Origin: Daphnia carinata
Taxonomy: Eukaryota
Length of the DNA: 64,000 nt
Direction: 5' to 3'
NCBI RefSeq assembly: GCF_022539665.2
Contig: NC_081331.1
Coordinates: 4,092,001 to 4,156,000, forward strand
Program-made: the position numbers and the translations under genes
The notes under the pieces: generated by a model
Database searches by the model: none
What the model saw: the letters and a program-made list of their open reading frames with translations, nothing else
What the model was told of the DNA's origin: nothing
Shown: piece after piece, positions 39,101 through 52,000 of the stretch
How positions within the stretch are numbered: the first letter of the stretch is position 1
How the letters are laid out: each line of letters starts with the position of its first letter

Positions 39101-41845
39101 AAGGGTCTTCTCTACACGGGTAGAATCGGGTACCATACGCTTTCGACTAGTTCTGGTTTTTTTTTTTTTCTTTCCTTTTTCCGTTTTATTACTCGCAACT
39201 CAACGCCCACCAGCCACGCATCACGTTTAACTCACGCAACATGTCTTGTCCTAATGGTGTAATCGTGAAGCATCAACGTTAGTTCCTCTCTCTTCGCATT
39301 TCTTCCTCAACAGGTCAATGACAGATATGATACCTCAGAAAAAATCGTCGGAGCTCAAACGTCGGTGATCGGCAGACCCGAACAGAGCAAAGGCCCTTGA
39401 TTGCTTATTAGCGTTTCTGACATGACCCTATTTTCAGCCTAGATGCAAGAATTATGTCAACTCTAAATCGACAGCCAGCTGATTTTAGATAGCTACTTAA
39501 GTCGGAGGTGGAAGACCTCCTCGACGTGACTTCTCGTGTCTAGTTTCCTCTCCGCTGTGTCGTACATGCTAGCAGCATTCATGACAGGAACTCCCTGCAG
39601 GCTGCCTATAGGTGGCGAGTGACCACAACAGAAGAATAAAACTACGTAGGAATGAACGAAGAACGAACGAAGAACAATTTCCCCCTGCGGGGTTCCACGC
39701 CAGTCCATTTACCCGCGCGCGTTTTCTGAAGCAAAGCCAAGAAACACGCGCGTCTTTTCCCCCTCAGGTCTCAGTATCAACGAAACTTGTTGCCGGTGCA
39801 CATCTAAACTTGGCCATTGGACGCGCAAGTGTTCAATTTTTCTGCCATTAATTCAATACAGCAAAGACTGCGGATAGGATTAATATCGCCCGAAACCACA
39901 CCGACTGGATTTTTCTCGCTGTTTGATAGTTAAAAACATCCGTTTTCCGACCGCTCCGTGCCAACGGAATGGGAACGTAAGTCTCTTTAAACACCCACTT
40001 ATCGTTTTATCGTTATAAGCAAATCAAATGAGGAAGATGAGTTACCTCGACTGTCATTGAACCCATGATAGCGCGCTGATGTCCCTCTGGAACAATAGAA
40101 ATTTGAGAAAAAAGTTAATCACTGTATTACGATTGGAAATGAAAGTGGTCAAATTGAGATTTTACCTAAAGTCTCCAATGCGACTCTTCGAATTTCCTGC
40201 TCGGCCTTGCCCAAGAATTGCTCGCACGCAGCTAGCAGCATTTCCTCGTTCTGCCCCTGTACTTTAACCTGCAATAGTAAAGCATAGGGAATGAAGTTAG
40301 GCAAATCTAGTTCAAGAGTTCTTCACACAGGTGTCACGGGAAGGGACCTTTCAACCGTAAAGTTCATCGTGACAACTTCATTCGTTTTTTTTCTTTTTTG
40401 TCTTATTATTCTGGTCTGGGCGCTTCGTCATCATTTCGACACTTTAAAGTGGGGTGCTATTACTGTTACGAGGGCTTCAAGGAAAGAGAAAGACAAGGGC
40501 CATCAAGAGAAACTGACAAGCAAGCATCGCCCATGCCTCAATTACACGAAAATATAGCCACATCTAAGTATTTTTTGATCCGAAAGGCGAGGCAACAACA
40601 ACAACAACAAAGAAAGAAGAAAAAAGTCAAAGGATCGCCAGGCATTTAAGGAATGGAGTTATTAGGCCAGGTCAACAACTTGATACCTATCGAATTTAGA
40701 ACGAAATTCTTTTGTGAATGGCAAAAGAATTCAAGGAAGCAGAAAAAGAAAAAAGACACGAAAAAGAAGAAAAAACGAAACCCCATGTTCCCACGAATTT
40801 GGTTGATTCTTTGGAGATATTTCCCGGTTGCGTTCATCGACATGAGATTGTTTCAGAACTCCTACCTGGGCAATTCCAGTCACACTGATGGGTACTCCTT
40901 GGCTAGTGTAGACTCCAGGACTCTCGACTTTCAGCGTCATCGTATTCAACGAAATTCTAAAGAGAATATGTTTGACAGTTCCGTTAAAATAGCTCTCTAT
41001 TAGTATCCTAATTTCTTCATGTGATTACCGTTGAACTTGTTGAACCGACGGCCAAACGAAGGCACGGCCACCTGGAACAAGTAACGGCCTTCTGTGACAG
41101 CATCCTAGCAAAAGAATGTGCAAGAGAATAAGAGAAAAAGAAATTGTTCGCTAACGTAAATTTTCTGGTGGCATGAAGATGTTAACCAGCCGCCGACAGA
41201 AGAACAAGTTAAATTAGGCTGGTATTTGCATGGCAATTGGCAATAACTTGTTGATTATGATACCACTTTAGATCATGTTTTTTAATGAAGTTGAAAGTCT
41301 CTAATTATAATGACTTGGCTTTAGGAATTAAACGAAAAAAACATGAGTCTAGGAAGAATTACTGTTGGATTCCAAAAACATTGGATTAACGGTCTGCTGG
41401 TTCTCAAAATCTACTTTTAAAATCTCCATGCCCAAAATGGGTATACAGAAGGAGAACAACTTGTTTTATCACAAAAAGACTAAAAATAATGACAGACAAA
41501 AACGTACTGCAACACAAATATCTTTCCTGAAAATCTAGAACTAAATAGAACTCGGGATCACTGGTGGAGAACCAGTACACCAGTGTTACATAAAGAGCCT
41601 CTCTAATGAATCAATATTTAAACAAGCAGGATTAGGGGTGTGTCATTCTAAACAGCACTGGGCTGAAGCACCTGCGAGGCCGGACTACATGCAGAGCGGC
41701 ATGTCAGGGCCTCTTTTTCGCCTTCTCACAGTAAAAACACTCTTATTTAAAATAACTGTAATTTGTGCAAAAAAAACACAGATAAATGCGTACCTGAAAC
41801 GACCAGAGCCTCATTAGGACCGCAAGTAACAAAACCCCAGACCAT
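33181..41845 (-). CDS. Flot1: Flotillin-1 (reggie-2; SPFH/band 7 + flotillin coiled-coil), complete 11-exon gene, 426 aa
   Basis: Exons with GT-AG boundaries and continuous frame: 41794-41845, 41029-41104, 40866-40956, 40166-40268, 40046-40086, 37134-37253, 35149-35364, 34429-34616, 34086-34296, 33293-33457, 33181-33198. Total 1281 nt = 426 aa + stop. Translation [36 protein letters not shown]...[24 protein letters not shown]...[10 protein letters not shown]...GIDMAQSIRAV* is typical flotillin-1. Confidence 0.96.
33293..33457 (-). CDS. Flot1: Flotillin-1 exon 10
   Basis: tttag|[34 protein letters not shown]...LTGIDMAQ|gtatgc. Confidence 0.93.
34086..34296 (-). CDS. Flot1: Flotillin-1 exon 9
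   Basis: ataag|[25 protein letters not shown]...[11 protein letters not shown]|gtgcgt. Confidence 0.95.
34429..34616 (-). CDS. Flot1: Flotillin-1 exon 8
   Basis: gacag|[34 protein letters not shown]...[10 protein letters not shown]|gtaaac. Confidence 0.95.
35149..35364 (-). CDS. Flot1: Flotillin-1 exon 7
   Basis: cacag|[25 protein letters not shown]...[10 protein letters not shown]|gtaagt. Confidence 0.95.
37134..37253 (-). CDS. Flot1: Flotillin-1 exon 6
   Basis: aacag|[40 protein letters not shown]|gttagt. Confidence 0.94.
40046..40086 (-). CDS. Flot1: Flotillin-1 exon 5
   Basis: tccag|[14 protein letters not shown]|gtaact. Confidence 0.93.
40166..40268 (-). CDS. Flot1: Flotillin-1 exon 4
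   Basis: tgcag|[34 protein letters not shown]|gtaaaa. Confidence 0.94.
40866..40956 (-). CDS. Flot1: Flotillin-1 exon 3
   Basis: tttag|[30 protein letters not shown]|gtagg. Confidence 0.94.
41029..41104 (-). CDS. Flot1: Flotillin-1 exon 2
   Basis: ctag|[26 protein letters not shown]|gtaatc. Confidence 0.93.
41794..41845 (-). CDS. Flot1: Flotillin-1 coding exon 1
   Basis: ATG...[18 protein letters not shown]|gtacgc donor. Confidence 0.93.
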
Positions 41846-42593
41846 TTTCACGACAATTACGAGCGTGAGAGAGAGTGTGTAGAAAAGAGAAAAAAACGAA
41901 GAAGCTGTCAAACAGTTGATGGAAAACAATACCAGGTGGGCTCTCTAAAGAGTAGTAAAGCTTCAGCGACGCCACTAACCCCTCGGGCAAGAGTGAGCCC
42001 ATATGAAAACAAGGCGTTGCCAAATTCTCATGCAAAAAAAAAGCTCAGCAATCAGAAAATTTTGTTGTATATTCTTCCACGATGCTATGTAATCACCAAG
42101 TTGTTCTACTAGGAAACTGACATACCAATCTAAAAACATTCAGGATGAACTAGAATTATATGTTATTTGTTGTTCACTGTTCCTACTTTTAAACAGATTT
42201 GCCTATGTAGTAAGTGTAAAAGTTGACCGCTAGAGGTCTTTGACTGTCCGAAATCGTGAGAATCGCCACACGTACGCAACAGTGCTTATTCACACGTGAA
42301 ATATGTCGTTGAAATTGCTGCAAAAGAAACACGGCTGACATTCTTAAAATAATTAGAGACACAGCTGGGCCTTTATTTAGTTGACGAAGAAGTGGGGAGT
42401 GCAGTCAAATACCGTTGAAAAACCATTTCGTTTCTCTTGAAAAATGCCGACGACGCGCAGAGCAGTCCCGTCGCGTGCGAACATGAACATATGTTCGTAC
42501 CGTCATCTAAAAATAATGAGAACACAAAGCCAACGGGTGTTGTCAACATTCTTTTTAAATCGTTATCACTTTGTCGGAATTTAGCTCGGCGAG
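41846..42593. promoter_or_regulatory. Probable bidirectional promoter and 5' UTRs of Flot1 and the 4-TM gene
   Basis: Divergent start codons with only 748 bp between them. Minus-strand Inr-like TCAGTT at 42115-42120; CACGTG E-box at ~42293-42298. Confidence 0.55.
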
Positions 42594-42746
42594 ATGAAGA
42601 AGTGGATGAAATTCGGATCGATCGGCGTCTGCTTTTGGAGTCTGTTGTTAATACTGGTCGGCGTCAGTCAGTTAACCTATGGTGCTTATTACATCTCCAA
42701 ATTGCCCGTCTTCAAGATCGGCTCGCCAGTATGGGTTGGCTTCTTG
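42594..42746 (+). CDS. 4-TM gene exon 1
   Basis: MKKWMKFGSIGVCFWSLLL...GSPVWVGFL|gtacga. Confidence 0.78.
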
Positions 42747-45700
42747 GTACGATTCTTAACTACTTTACAATGTACATTCGTTCTCGCAATCGTAAATGGC
42801 TAACAAAAATTCTTTTTCCTCCTGTAGAACGTCTTGTGCGCAGCCGGCCTGTTCGGTTTGCATCACAAAACGCTTGGATTGAAAGACTCCCCGTGGCTAG
42901 TTACTGATGCCCTGGAATCGAATAAGAGAAAGCGAGGCCTTCCGAATGGCTCGATCCACCAATCCATTGCCGATCTTACGGCTCCCACTGTTCAGCCTTT
43001 CCATTTGTATTGGTCCATTTTTATTTGCGTCATCGTCGTTTTCATCAATATCGGAAACGTCGTTATCTGTCAAGTGGGAGAATGGCAGCATTGGGTTACT
43101 CCTACAGAACGGGATCAACTGCAGACCAACTTAAGTGTTTTGGCAGTTCAAGGTAAACATTCGCTTGTTCTCTTCTTTGTTATGAAATTTGTCTACTAGA
43201 AATGGGCCGTTCCGTTTGTTGTTGGCTTTACGAGGAAAGCGGGTAATTTGAATAAAATTCATCTGAACTCGTTGGTACCCTTCATCTCACACCGATCCAT
43301 CATAATAGTGTCAGAGCTTTTTGATAATTTGTTGTGCGTGCTACGTGCCGATGCTGTTGAATCTTTTACAGCAACTGACCCTTGTTTGGGCGATCCTTTC
43401 CGTCCCTGTAATTTCATTTTTACCTCCACCGTAATGACGATGATGAAACAGCAGCTACGGAGTTCTATCACAAATGTCCTTACCGTGCAATAACGATTGT
43501 TTCCTTCTCTCACTCTTTTCTTGATGCCTATTCTATTCACAGTTTTCTGTTTATCTCTCGTTTCATGTCGGCAGCTCATCGCGTGACGGCGGCCCAGATG
43601 AGCTTGGCCATTATCATCGGAGTCTTTTGCACAGCGCTTAACATCTGGTTAGCGTACACGCAGCGCAAGAGCAATAAAGATCCGGCTATTGAAACGGGAC
43701 AGTCGATCCAATCAAACCGAACGGTGACGATCGATCAGGCAGCCAGTGGAGCTTCAACAGCGTCGGCCGGTAGTACCCAGCAGCGTCAACGCAAAATATC
43801 TTTGAGGGGAATCAGCCCAGCTGGATACGACAATCCTAATTGGGTTTACGGAGAGAACGGTAGCAGCAACAGCAGTGGCAGTCAAGGTGTCCTCTTAAAT
43901 CCGGAGCCGGAAAACAATCGTCAGAGACCTGTGTCTGTCTCCGTCATTTCGGATTCCGGCGGAGGTGCATCAACGATGCGCTATGCAACCATCCGTCGAG
44001 CTCCCAGCATCTTAATGGCTCTGCCGCCCGAACATCATCATCAACAGAACTTTCCTCCGCCACGTCCCATACATTTGAAAAGCGCGTCCTTCCGCTTCGG
44101 AGGCGAACGCGATCCGATAGTCCAGCGGCAGAGCAGAGCAGCCGCTAAGGTCAGCCGGAGTAAAACGATGCGCGAAACAACTTTCATGACATCACCGCCA
44201 TGTTACAATGGTAGACCGACGTTTGAAACGACAACGCAGCATACGTTCGCTCAGCGTTTTCAATCCAGCCTGGATGGAAATTCTGCTCTGAGTTTCGTTC
44301 ACGATACAACAGCGGAAGAGGAAGAAGAAGCCACTGGAGGCATTTCGGTGGCATCAACCGCTCCGGTGGCAGATTATCCGTTAGCCGTTGATTCGCCTCG
44401 GCCGAAAGCGCCCGTCCGATCAACCAAAGTTGAAAACGGGATGCAAACCACCGTGGAGGCGGACGTGATGCAACACGAAGAAGATGATGATGAAGACGAT
44501 GAAGAAGACGAAGAAGCACCTCCGGCAAGGCTATCATCTGTTCGCCATCAGGTCCGCAGCAGCGATAGGATCATTCTACGCGTTGAAAGCTTCCGCACGT
44601 TGCAAACCAATCCATCGAGAACTTCAACCCCTTCGGCTTTGTCGGGCCAACGTCCGCATCCAGTGCGGAATAACATCAATGTCAAACGCGTCTCCAGTTC
44701 GACGCAGACGGATCTGTCTGTTTTGAAGGCCAGCAACAGCGGCTTCAGCTCGCCTGTCGGCCAGAGCCAGCAACGCATGAAACGCCCTGTGCTCCAGCCA
44801 CACGGTCAGCAGTATCCCGGTTCTAACGCCAAAGTCAAACAAGGTGGCGGAGTTTTATCCACCAGTCAAGTGTCTACTGAAACGGCAACCATGCCGCAAA
44901 TATCTCCAGTGGAATCCTCCTCCGGTTACAGCTCTCCGCGTGGAACGGAGTCCAAATCACCGACGCCCGAGCCAACACTCGGAAGCGGCCAGCAAGATCA
45001 ACAGGAACCTGCATTGGCAACGTCCACCCCAGCTCCTGCCAATGTCACGGTCATCCAGATCGATCCCAAGCCAGTCATAAGCAACAACAGTAAGAGCAAC
45101 AAAGAGTTCCATCCGCGCGTAACTGATGTTACGTACGCGATTCCGCGCAAGCGATCGGAGCGCGGAACACCAACTGGTCAAAACGAGTCGACCTCTACCA
45201 CACCGGATCAGAGTTTCCAGGTGAGCATCCAGTCGAAGCCAGTCAGTAGATCCGTTTCGTTTCATCACATGTCACAAGCCGGAAGAAAGGCTGTTTATGG
45301 TAACGAGTGGCTCAATGCCAGTTCCCTTTTGGGTAATCATTTGCCACCGTTGGCCGTGATGAGCATTCCGCGTCCGGCGTTGCGCAGCAGTTCCCACCAG
45401 CGCTATTCATCGCCTTCAGGCACTACGCGTCGGGCAAGCAGCAGTTCCAGCAATATCAATTCAGGCGTGACGCAACATCTTCCGCCTTCCGGATCGAGTC
45501 TAAGTCGATCGACGTCAATGTATTTGGCAATGTCGGAGATTCAGCGCAAATTAGATTTGCTCCAAGTGCTAGATACTCGTCATCATTTGTCTGTCCCATC
45601 GGCTCTTAATTCCGATGTCGTGCCCGTCCATCGTGAGTCGCAGCATGTCAATCACAACTACGATGATTTTTATTCCGTAAGTCCCTCCCATCATGCGGAG

Positions 45701-46084
45701 GGTGGTTCCAGGCGGATGAGGAGCAGGTCGAACAGCAGCAGCAGGCAACAGCCTCCGCCACCACCTCCCCCGCCACCACCTCCACCTCCACCACCTCCGC
45801 CGCTTCCGTCAGTCGTCGATTTGAACGACTCGCTGGATTCGGCCAAAACTCTGGCCTATCTTTCCGAACTGGAAATGTTGGCGAGACACTGGCGGACGCA
45901 ACTGTTGTACAAAGTACGTAATTTTTGTTTTTGTTTCTTTATTGCATACCGTTTGAGGTTTTTTACTTTTTCTGATTCTTTCACGTAAAGGATAACGTGT
46001 TTTTGTGTTTTCCAACAGGTGGAGTTAAAATCATCCAGCAAGCGAATGGGCACCGTGCTGGAAAACGACTCTTTCCAATGCTGA
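42594..46084 (+). CDS. Uncharacterised four-transmembrane protein (MS4A/CD20-like N-terminal block) with a long disordered Ser/Pro-rich tail, about 960 aa
   Basis: Exons 42594-42746, 42828-43152, 43575-45913, 46019-46084 join in frame with GT-AG boundaries (2883 nt). Four hydrophobic segments: GVCFWSLLLILVGVSQLTYGAYYI; GSPVWVGFLNVLCAAGLFGL; LYWSIFICVIVVFINIGNVVI; MSLAIIIGVFCTALNIWLAY. The 807-aa ORF covers exon 3. The gene model is well supported, the family call is inference. Confidence 0.82.
42828..43152 (+). CDS. 4-TM gene exon 2
   Basis: ttttcctcctgtag|NVLCAAGLFG...LSVLAVQ G|gtaaac. Confidence 0.82.
43575..45913 (+). CDS. 4-TM gene exon 3 (TM4 + disordered tail with acidic runs and poly-Pro)
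   Basis: Long pyrimidine tract, then ggcag|CTCATCGC. About 2.3 kb open GC-rich frame ending YK|gtacgt. Confidence 0.9.
45752..45808 (+). repeat. Coding poly-proline tract (P17-L-P)
   Basis: Mixed CCN codons in frame of the 4-TM gene exon 3. Confidence 0.9.
46019..46084 (+). CDS. 4-TM gene terminal exon 4 (VELKSSSKRMGTVLENDSFQC*)
   Basis: ttttccaacag|GTG... phase-0 acceptor; TGA at 46082-46084. Confidence 0.75.
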   Translation: MELKSSSKRMGTVLENDSFQC

Positions 46085-49000
46085 TTCAACAATAAAGGAA
46101 GAATTTCTTTCTTTACGTTTTGTTTTTTCAAGGCGGATCCTTGCTGTCCTCGAAGCTCTCCCTCTTCCTTCTGCCTTACGAACCAAAAAAGAATCCAAAG
46201 TATTACCATATATTTAAAAAAAAAAAAAAAGGATAAAAGAAATGTTTATATATTATGTATTCCCAGCAACATTTGTCAGACACGCACAAATGAAGTAGCT
46301 TATTCCCTCGACTTTCATTTCACTTGTGTACCTCTCGATCAACCCGAGGTTTTGGGTGGATATTATCAAACTATTATTTTGTATCGAAATTATCTTGTTA
46401 TGTGTACCGATTGACCTAAATTTCATCAATAGCAATCCTTTGATTTCGAATTTTCCATCATCGTCTTCTTGTTCGCTTTCAGCTGTTGGCTTCCCCGGAC
46501 ACGCCCAGCAATAAAGAAGTTACAAAAGGAAACAAAAAAAAATGAAACCATCCTGATGGATGTGTATATGTGGCTCTGCTGGCTATGTATGTGAAATTGG
46601 ATCCTGTCCTTATCTCTCTCAACCTCTCCAAGTCCTTCATACCTTTTGAAATAGGTGATCGACTGCAAAGGTGTGGCCCTACTTTGCCTTTTCGTCCACT
46701 ATGCAGCACTCACAGTTTTCTTTCGGTATTGAAAAGCCACTTTTAAACGAGTGACTTGATGAATAGTTTGAAAAATTGAATGGGAGGCTACCCATCCCGT
46801 ACAGCTTCCTTGGGAGAAATATACTAGAACGAACTTTCTATTGAGAAGAAGCAAGGAAAAAAAAAGATGGAAGAATGAAACATTCAATTAGTTTTTTTTT
46901 TTTTTCCCTCATCTCCGTTAAGTGAGAGAATGAATTAACCTCAACACACACACAGCGACAAGGGAGGTAAAGGCGAAAAGAAGGGAAAATAATAATAAAA
47001 AGAAAAAAGTAGGTGTGTTCGCGAGTGTCGTTATAATAACAGGCGGGCCGCTCTACAAGCCTAATAGCCCCAAGAGAGCAGTATAGAGGTGAATCCATAC
47101 AAATTCATTTTTTTTTTACGCACACATTTTTATTTTTACCTTTGAAAATTTTTTTTTTTTTCCGACGAAAGGTTAAAAAAAAATTGGAATGCTCATTGCC
47201 GTGATGATTTGGTGGTCATGGTGGTGGTTGAGAGGGGGGGTTCCGGAGTATGTCTGTGTCTGTCTGTGTGTCCTTCTCTCAGTTTCTTTCTTCTGGCAGT
47301 CCTTATCCCCCCGTGGGGGCCATTTGGAATGGAAATTTATACACCCAAAGAGAGCCGTGTGGCGCACACAAGGTGGGGTGCCTTAGCTCTATGTCGACAG
47401 GCAATTGGAGGATGAATGTCATTAAAAAAAGGAAGAAGAAGAAGAAGAAGAGGAAGAAAGAACTCGACCGTCCAGATGGAAGAAAAAGAAAAAGGGAGAG
47501 AAAGAAAAGATCAGGAATTCGGTAATTTTTTCTCTTCTTCTTCTTCTTCTCCTTTCCTAACTCTGATTTTTTTTTCTGATTGGTCGGTATCGTGAGCGCG
47601 GGGCGCGCGCAGCACGCGGACGGGACTAGTGGCGTCACGAATGATGGTCGTGTATCGCGCCATGGGGGAAGATCATCAGTATTCATCACACACACAAATA
47701 AATAAAAGAAAAAAGTCGACGACGAGAAGGAGAAAAGAACCAAACGGATTCTTCATCTAAGAAAAAAAAAATAACAAGACAAAAAAAGAAAAATTAAAAC
47801 AAGAGTTGGGCCCGTCTCTACGTGGGGGGCTTTATAGCAAATAGTAGACATATCGACATGCGATGTAACGAAGAAGGAAAACCTCATCTCACCCTGCTGA
47901 TGTATATCGCGGCAGACATGAAGGTATGAAATGCATGAGATCACCCTTAAATTGGGATGCTTTAACTTTCTTTTGTTTATTTTTTCTTTGCCCGTACCCA
48001 CCTTGTTATTGTTTCATCATCCGCATCTTAAATGGATGCGTTCTGCAAAACTCTTAACGTGTGTGTGTGTGCCAAAGCTCTCTTATCGAAAACGGCCATC
48101 TACACACGAATTCTTTTTCTATAGCTTCAGAAAAAAAGCTATCGGATATCCAAGGCGGTACTGCAAAACAAAACAAATCAAATTAGTGAATTGAATTGCA
48201 AATTTCTTTTAAAGGAAATAAAATTACCCAGCAAATTTATGTTACAATCATTTGTTTGTTTGTTTTTCCAGAAACGCACTACGGTATGCATCTTGCATTT
48301 CACGGACATTCCGACATCAAGATGTTGGGAAGACGAGGAGAATTAGTAATGTTTCAACATTATCCTGCATATAGCCACAAAGAGGATAGAAAAAGAAAAA
48401 GGACGTCGTAGGGTATATCATTCTCGCGTTAATCGGTAGGCACTTATATTGTGGAATAGAGCCAACACCTGACCTCTGGCGAAATTCCTTTCGCTACTCT
48501 ATATATGTCTCAGCTAAATTTAGCCAAAACCATTTGAGATTTTATGTTGTGTCTCAGTCTTTCGGCTTTAATTGCAATTGGGACACGCTGTAAATATTAA
48601 ATGTTTTCTCGTGCATTGCGAGCGGTAGATTCAAACACACTAAACAAAGGGCCATTTTCGAAGGGGAAAAAAGAAAACACCTCCAGCCAAAAGACATAAT
48701 AGCAGTTTAGAAACGTACTCTCTATAACAATGTGGCTAAAAAAGAAAAATTCGAGCAAAGTGGTCACTGTATAACCTTTTCGAAGTCGGTTTCAAGGTTA
48801 AGATTCTATTAAAAGCTATTTATTGCAATTTTGTCTTGCCAGAATAGGACCGAAAGAAAACGAAAATTGTAACAAGATTATGCAAGGTCCACTTGCCGCT
48901 AATTCTTTCGTGTTTCAAAGGAAACGCATTACATCCAACCGAGCTGACGGGCCATTCGGGGGAAAAAAAGGACAGTAAAATTTGCATGTATGTATTCATT

Positions 49001-52000
49001 AATAACCTATTACAACATTAATTCCATTTTGACAAGCCAGAGGCGACCATGTCGGCAAATTTTTAAAATTCTGTGATACTTTTTGTGCATCAGATTGAGT
49101 CAATGATTCAGGCATTAGGAATCGTGTAATTTATTCAGACATTCACCGACAGGCAGTGACCAGGCATATTTTCTATTCGTTCCAACACATGAGAAGTATG
49201 TGTGTACACACACAAAAGGGAAATACTTTTCTGCGGGTTAAAAACTGCATACGTATACAAGTCATTACAAGAGTTTTGGTCGGCATGCTCACCTATAACT
49301 AAATTTGGCTGCAAAAAAGAAAGAGAATGCTTCATTATTAAACGATAACGGCCGGCCATGACGTGCAAAAGAGAGAGCCGATTGTGGAACATTTAAGGTA
49401 TTAAGCATACATGTACATTTCCAACTGGGGAGAACAAAAAGGCGAGGGTTCATTAACCAAATCAATATCTGATATAATGACGCACAAGGCCTTTCTGTGT
49501 CTTCAACAAGTTTGACGTCAATAACGAGGAATCGGTAAATGGATGGTTATGGCGGACCAAATAACGAAACGGTCATTTGAAACAGCCGACAGGTACGTCG
49601 TCCATTACTGAGTTCTTTCTCTTTTGGCAATCGAAAATGTTTTGTTTATTCCTTTTTCCCCTTTGCAATAGCATCATGCCTTGAATGCTTAACGTAGAAA
49701 GAAAAATGTTGGTCAAAGTAGTTCATCGGGTCCGGGCTAACAACCTGAAACTGCCCTGGTCCAGACGTTCTCGGCATTGTTGCACGAACGTGATTATGGG
49801 GGGGGGGGGCTGCTATAGAGTAATCTCATCATGGAGACATAACTCTTCTGAAAGACTATACAGCACAAGGCAGACAACCAATCACGCTGTTGTCAACCAA
49901 AACGTTCATCAGGAGCCTCTCATTTGTACAACGCGGACGGGCATGTAATTTATTCGCCATAGTCAGACGAGTTATTCAAAGCAAATAAATTCTGATTCTT
50001 GTTGCTTGTTGAAGACTAGCCATTGGATAAAAAAAAAAAAAAAAAAAGGAAAAAGGAAGAAGGTTGGAACAATATCAGCAAAAGGCCTTCTGCTATATCG
50101 CTGTCCACACCTCTGTGTTATTCATGCAGACGGAGGCAGACAGACGAAACCAAAGTCGAGACGCTTCCACGGTGGATTACTGATGTAGACAACGGAGACA
50201 GGCCACGAATACGGGGCCGCAGACACACGCGGCGTATCACGCACACTTTCAAACTCGTCGATAAATATGTAAGGTGTTATAAAAGCTCCAGCTCGGAGAG
50301 GGAGCTTACACCACTATCGGCCTTGTGTCTTTGGCTGATGGCCGCATGATACATGAGATTGCGTCTGAATTGGACTTCTGCATGTTGCTGCTGTTGTTTG
50401 CCGGATCAATGCATAAACAATTGGGAGAAGCCATCAAGTAGGAGGCGGACCCTCCCTAGCGCTTTCACAGAGCCATATACAGTGCACGGCTATATACTGT
50501 GTACGTATACATGTATACAACGCAGGATGATGAACGATGGTCACGTTTTTTCGGTGTGTGCGGCCAAACGCAAGCACACACACAAAGCCAAACAAAAGAA
50601 ATCAAACATACAAGAATCAATTTTCAGAAGGCCAACATCAGCCTATATCTAGTTTGTAACGAATGATTGAACGTTTACGTTGAATAGGTGGAAGACCCGT
50701 TCTTCGTTACGATCATCATCCCTACCGTTGGGATAGGGCAAGAACGCGTTGATCAATTGTTAGACTGGCTATCCCGAGAAAACAAAAAATAGATTTTCTT
50801 TGTCTTTTCATTTGTTAGGGGAAGAAAAAGAGTCACGAGTGATGGGTGAGAGTAAGAAATCCCGACACTTTGTCATGGCGGTCGTATTGTATTACAGTGT
50901 CTCGCCGAAATGCATAGCCAAAAAGTTCTTGACTTTTGCCCGTCTTGGTAGCTGTATAGTAGCCGCTTGTCACGACACTCTACCGGGAAATCCTTTTTCT
51001 CATTCTTTTAAAGTGCATCAACATTCTTTTTGTCTGCGTGTGTGTGTTCATCATCAGGCCGTCTTTGGCAGAGACTCCATATTGTTGTATGCGCATAGAC
51101 AAGTAACCACCAGTCTCTTGTTTCCAAGCACAAAGATTATACACATCCGGCTAAATGAATCAGTAAAAGATGATTAACATTTCATTAATGTATATGTTGA
51201 TTTTTTGTTGTGTGTATTTAAATTTTTCGCATCGATGAAAGATGACTATTGAATGCGCATTATCGTGGCATTTATAAATAGATTTATAGCTGACACGACA
51301 CTTGTCGTGATATGCTACTCATGTGACTTTGATGGATGTGCTCGTCACCATCGAGCAGCTTAGCCAACCATGTGGTACTTTACGTTTTTGATGGAACGAT
51401 GTTTTTGTAGACGACTGGGGTTCTCTGTAATATGGCACGAATGAATTTCAAATGATTGTGTTTTTTTTTCTTATCAGATAAAGAATACAATTTTGTATAG
51501 AAATTTGTTTATCCGGCTGCGCATATTTAGATTTTTACATTGGCTTTTAGGAAATCCTTGTGATACGTTATTTCTGATAGTCTCCTCTCACATCATCCGA
51601 ATTACGTCATTGGTGAAGGGCTCATATAAATATGCTTGAGTTAAAGCAAAGGTATTATCTTATTGTTTCGTGAAAACTATCGCATCTTGCTTGATGCCTT
51701 TCCGAAGTGAATAATAAAAGACTTGGAAATGTGTTGGTAATAATTGAAACAGATGTATGATTGCAAAAATATACAAAGTTGACAATCCGAATGGCGGAAA
51801 TGGGTTGCTCCCAATTGACATTTTTTTTTTTAAACAGAAATTTCGGAACATAAAGACATGCGAAATTTGAATTACAAAGTAAAAATTAACAATACATTCG
51901 CAATTTTTGTTATTTTCATTTCTCAATTTTTTTTTCCCCTTTTTTCACGACAAAAGATTCCGAGAATGAAAATAAAAAAAATTAATTGGTTGTCGTATTA

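Noticed and set aside
39517..39609. Possible extra Flot1 exon ending ...RSHVEE, resembling MTVEE
   Set aside because: Donor GTCTTC is poor and the similarity is only 3-4 residues; weaker than the two candidates reported
42437..42907. 156-aa ORF MKNADDAQSS... as a separate gene
   Set aside because: Overlaps the 4-TM gene's exon 1/intron 1 in another frame; the spliced TM-encoding frame is more coherent
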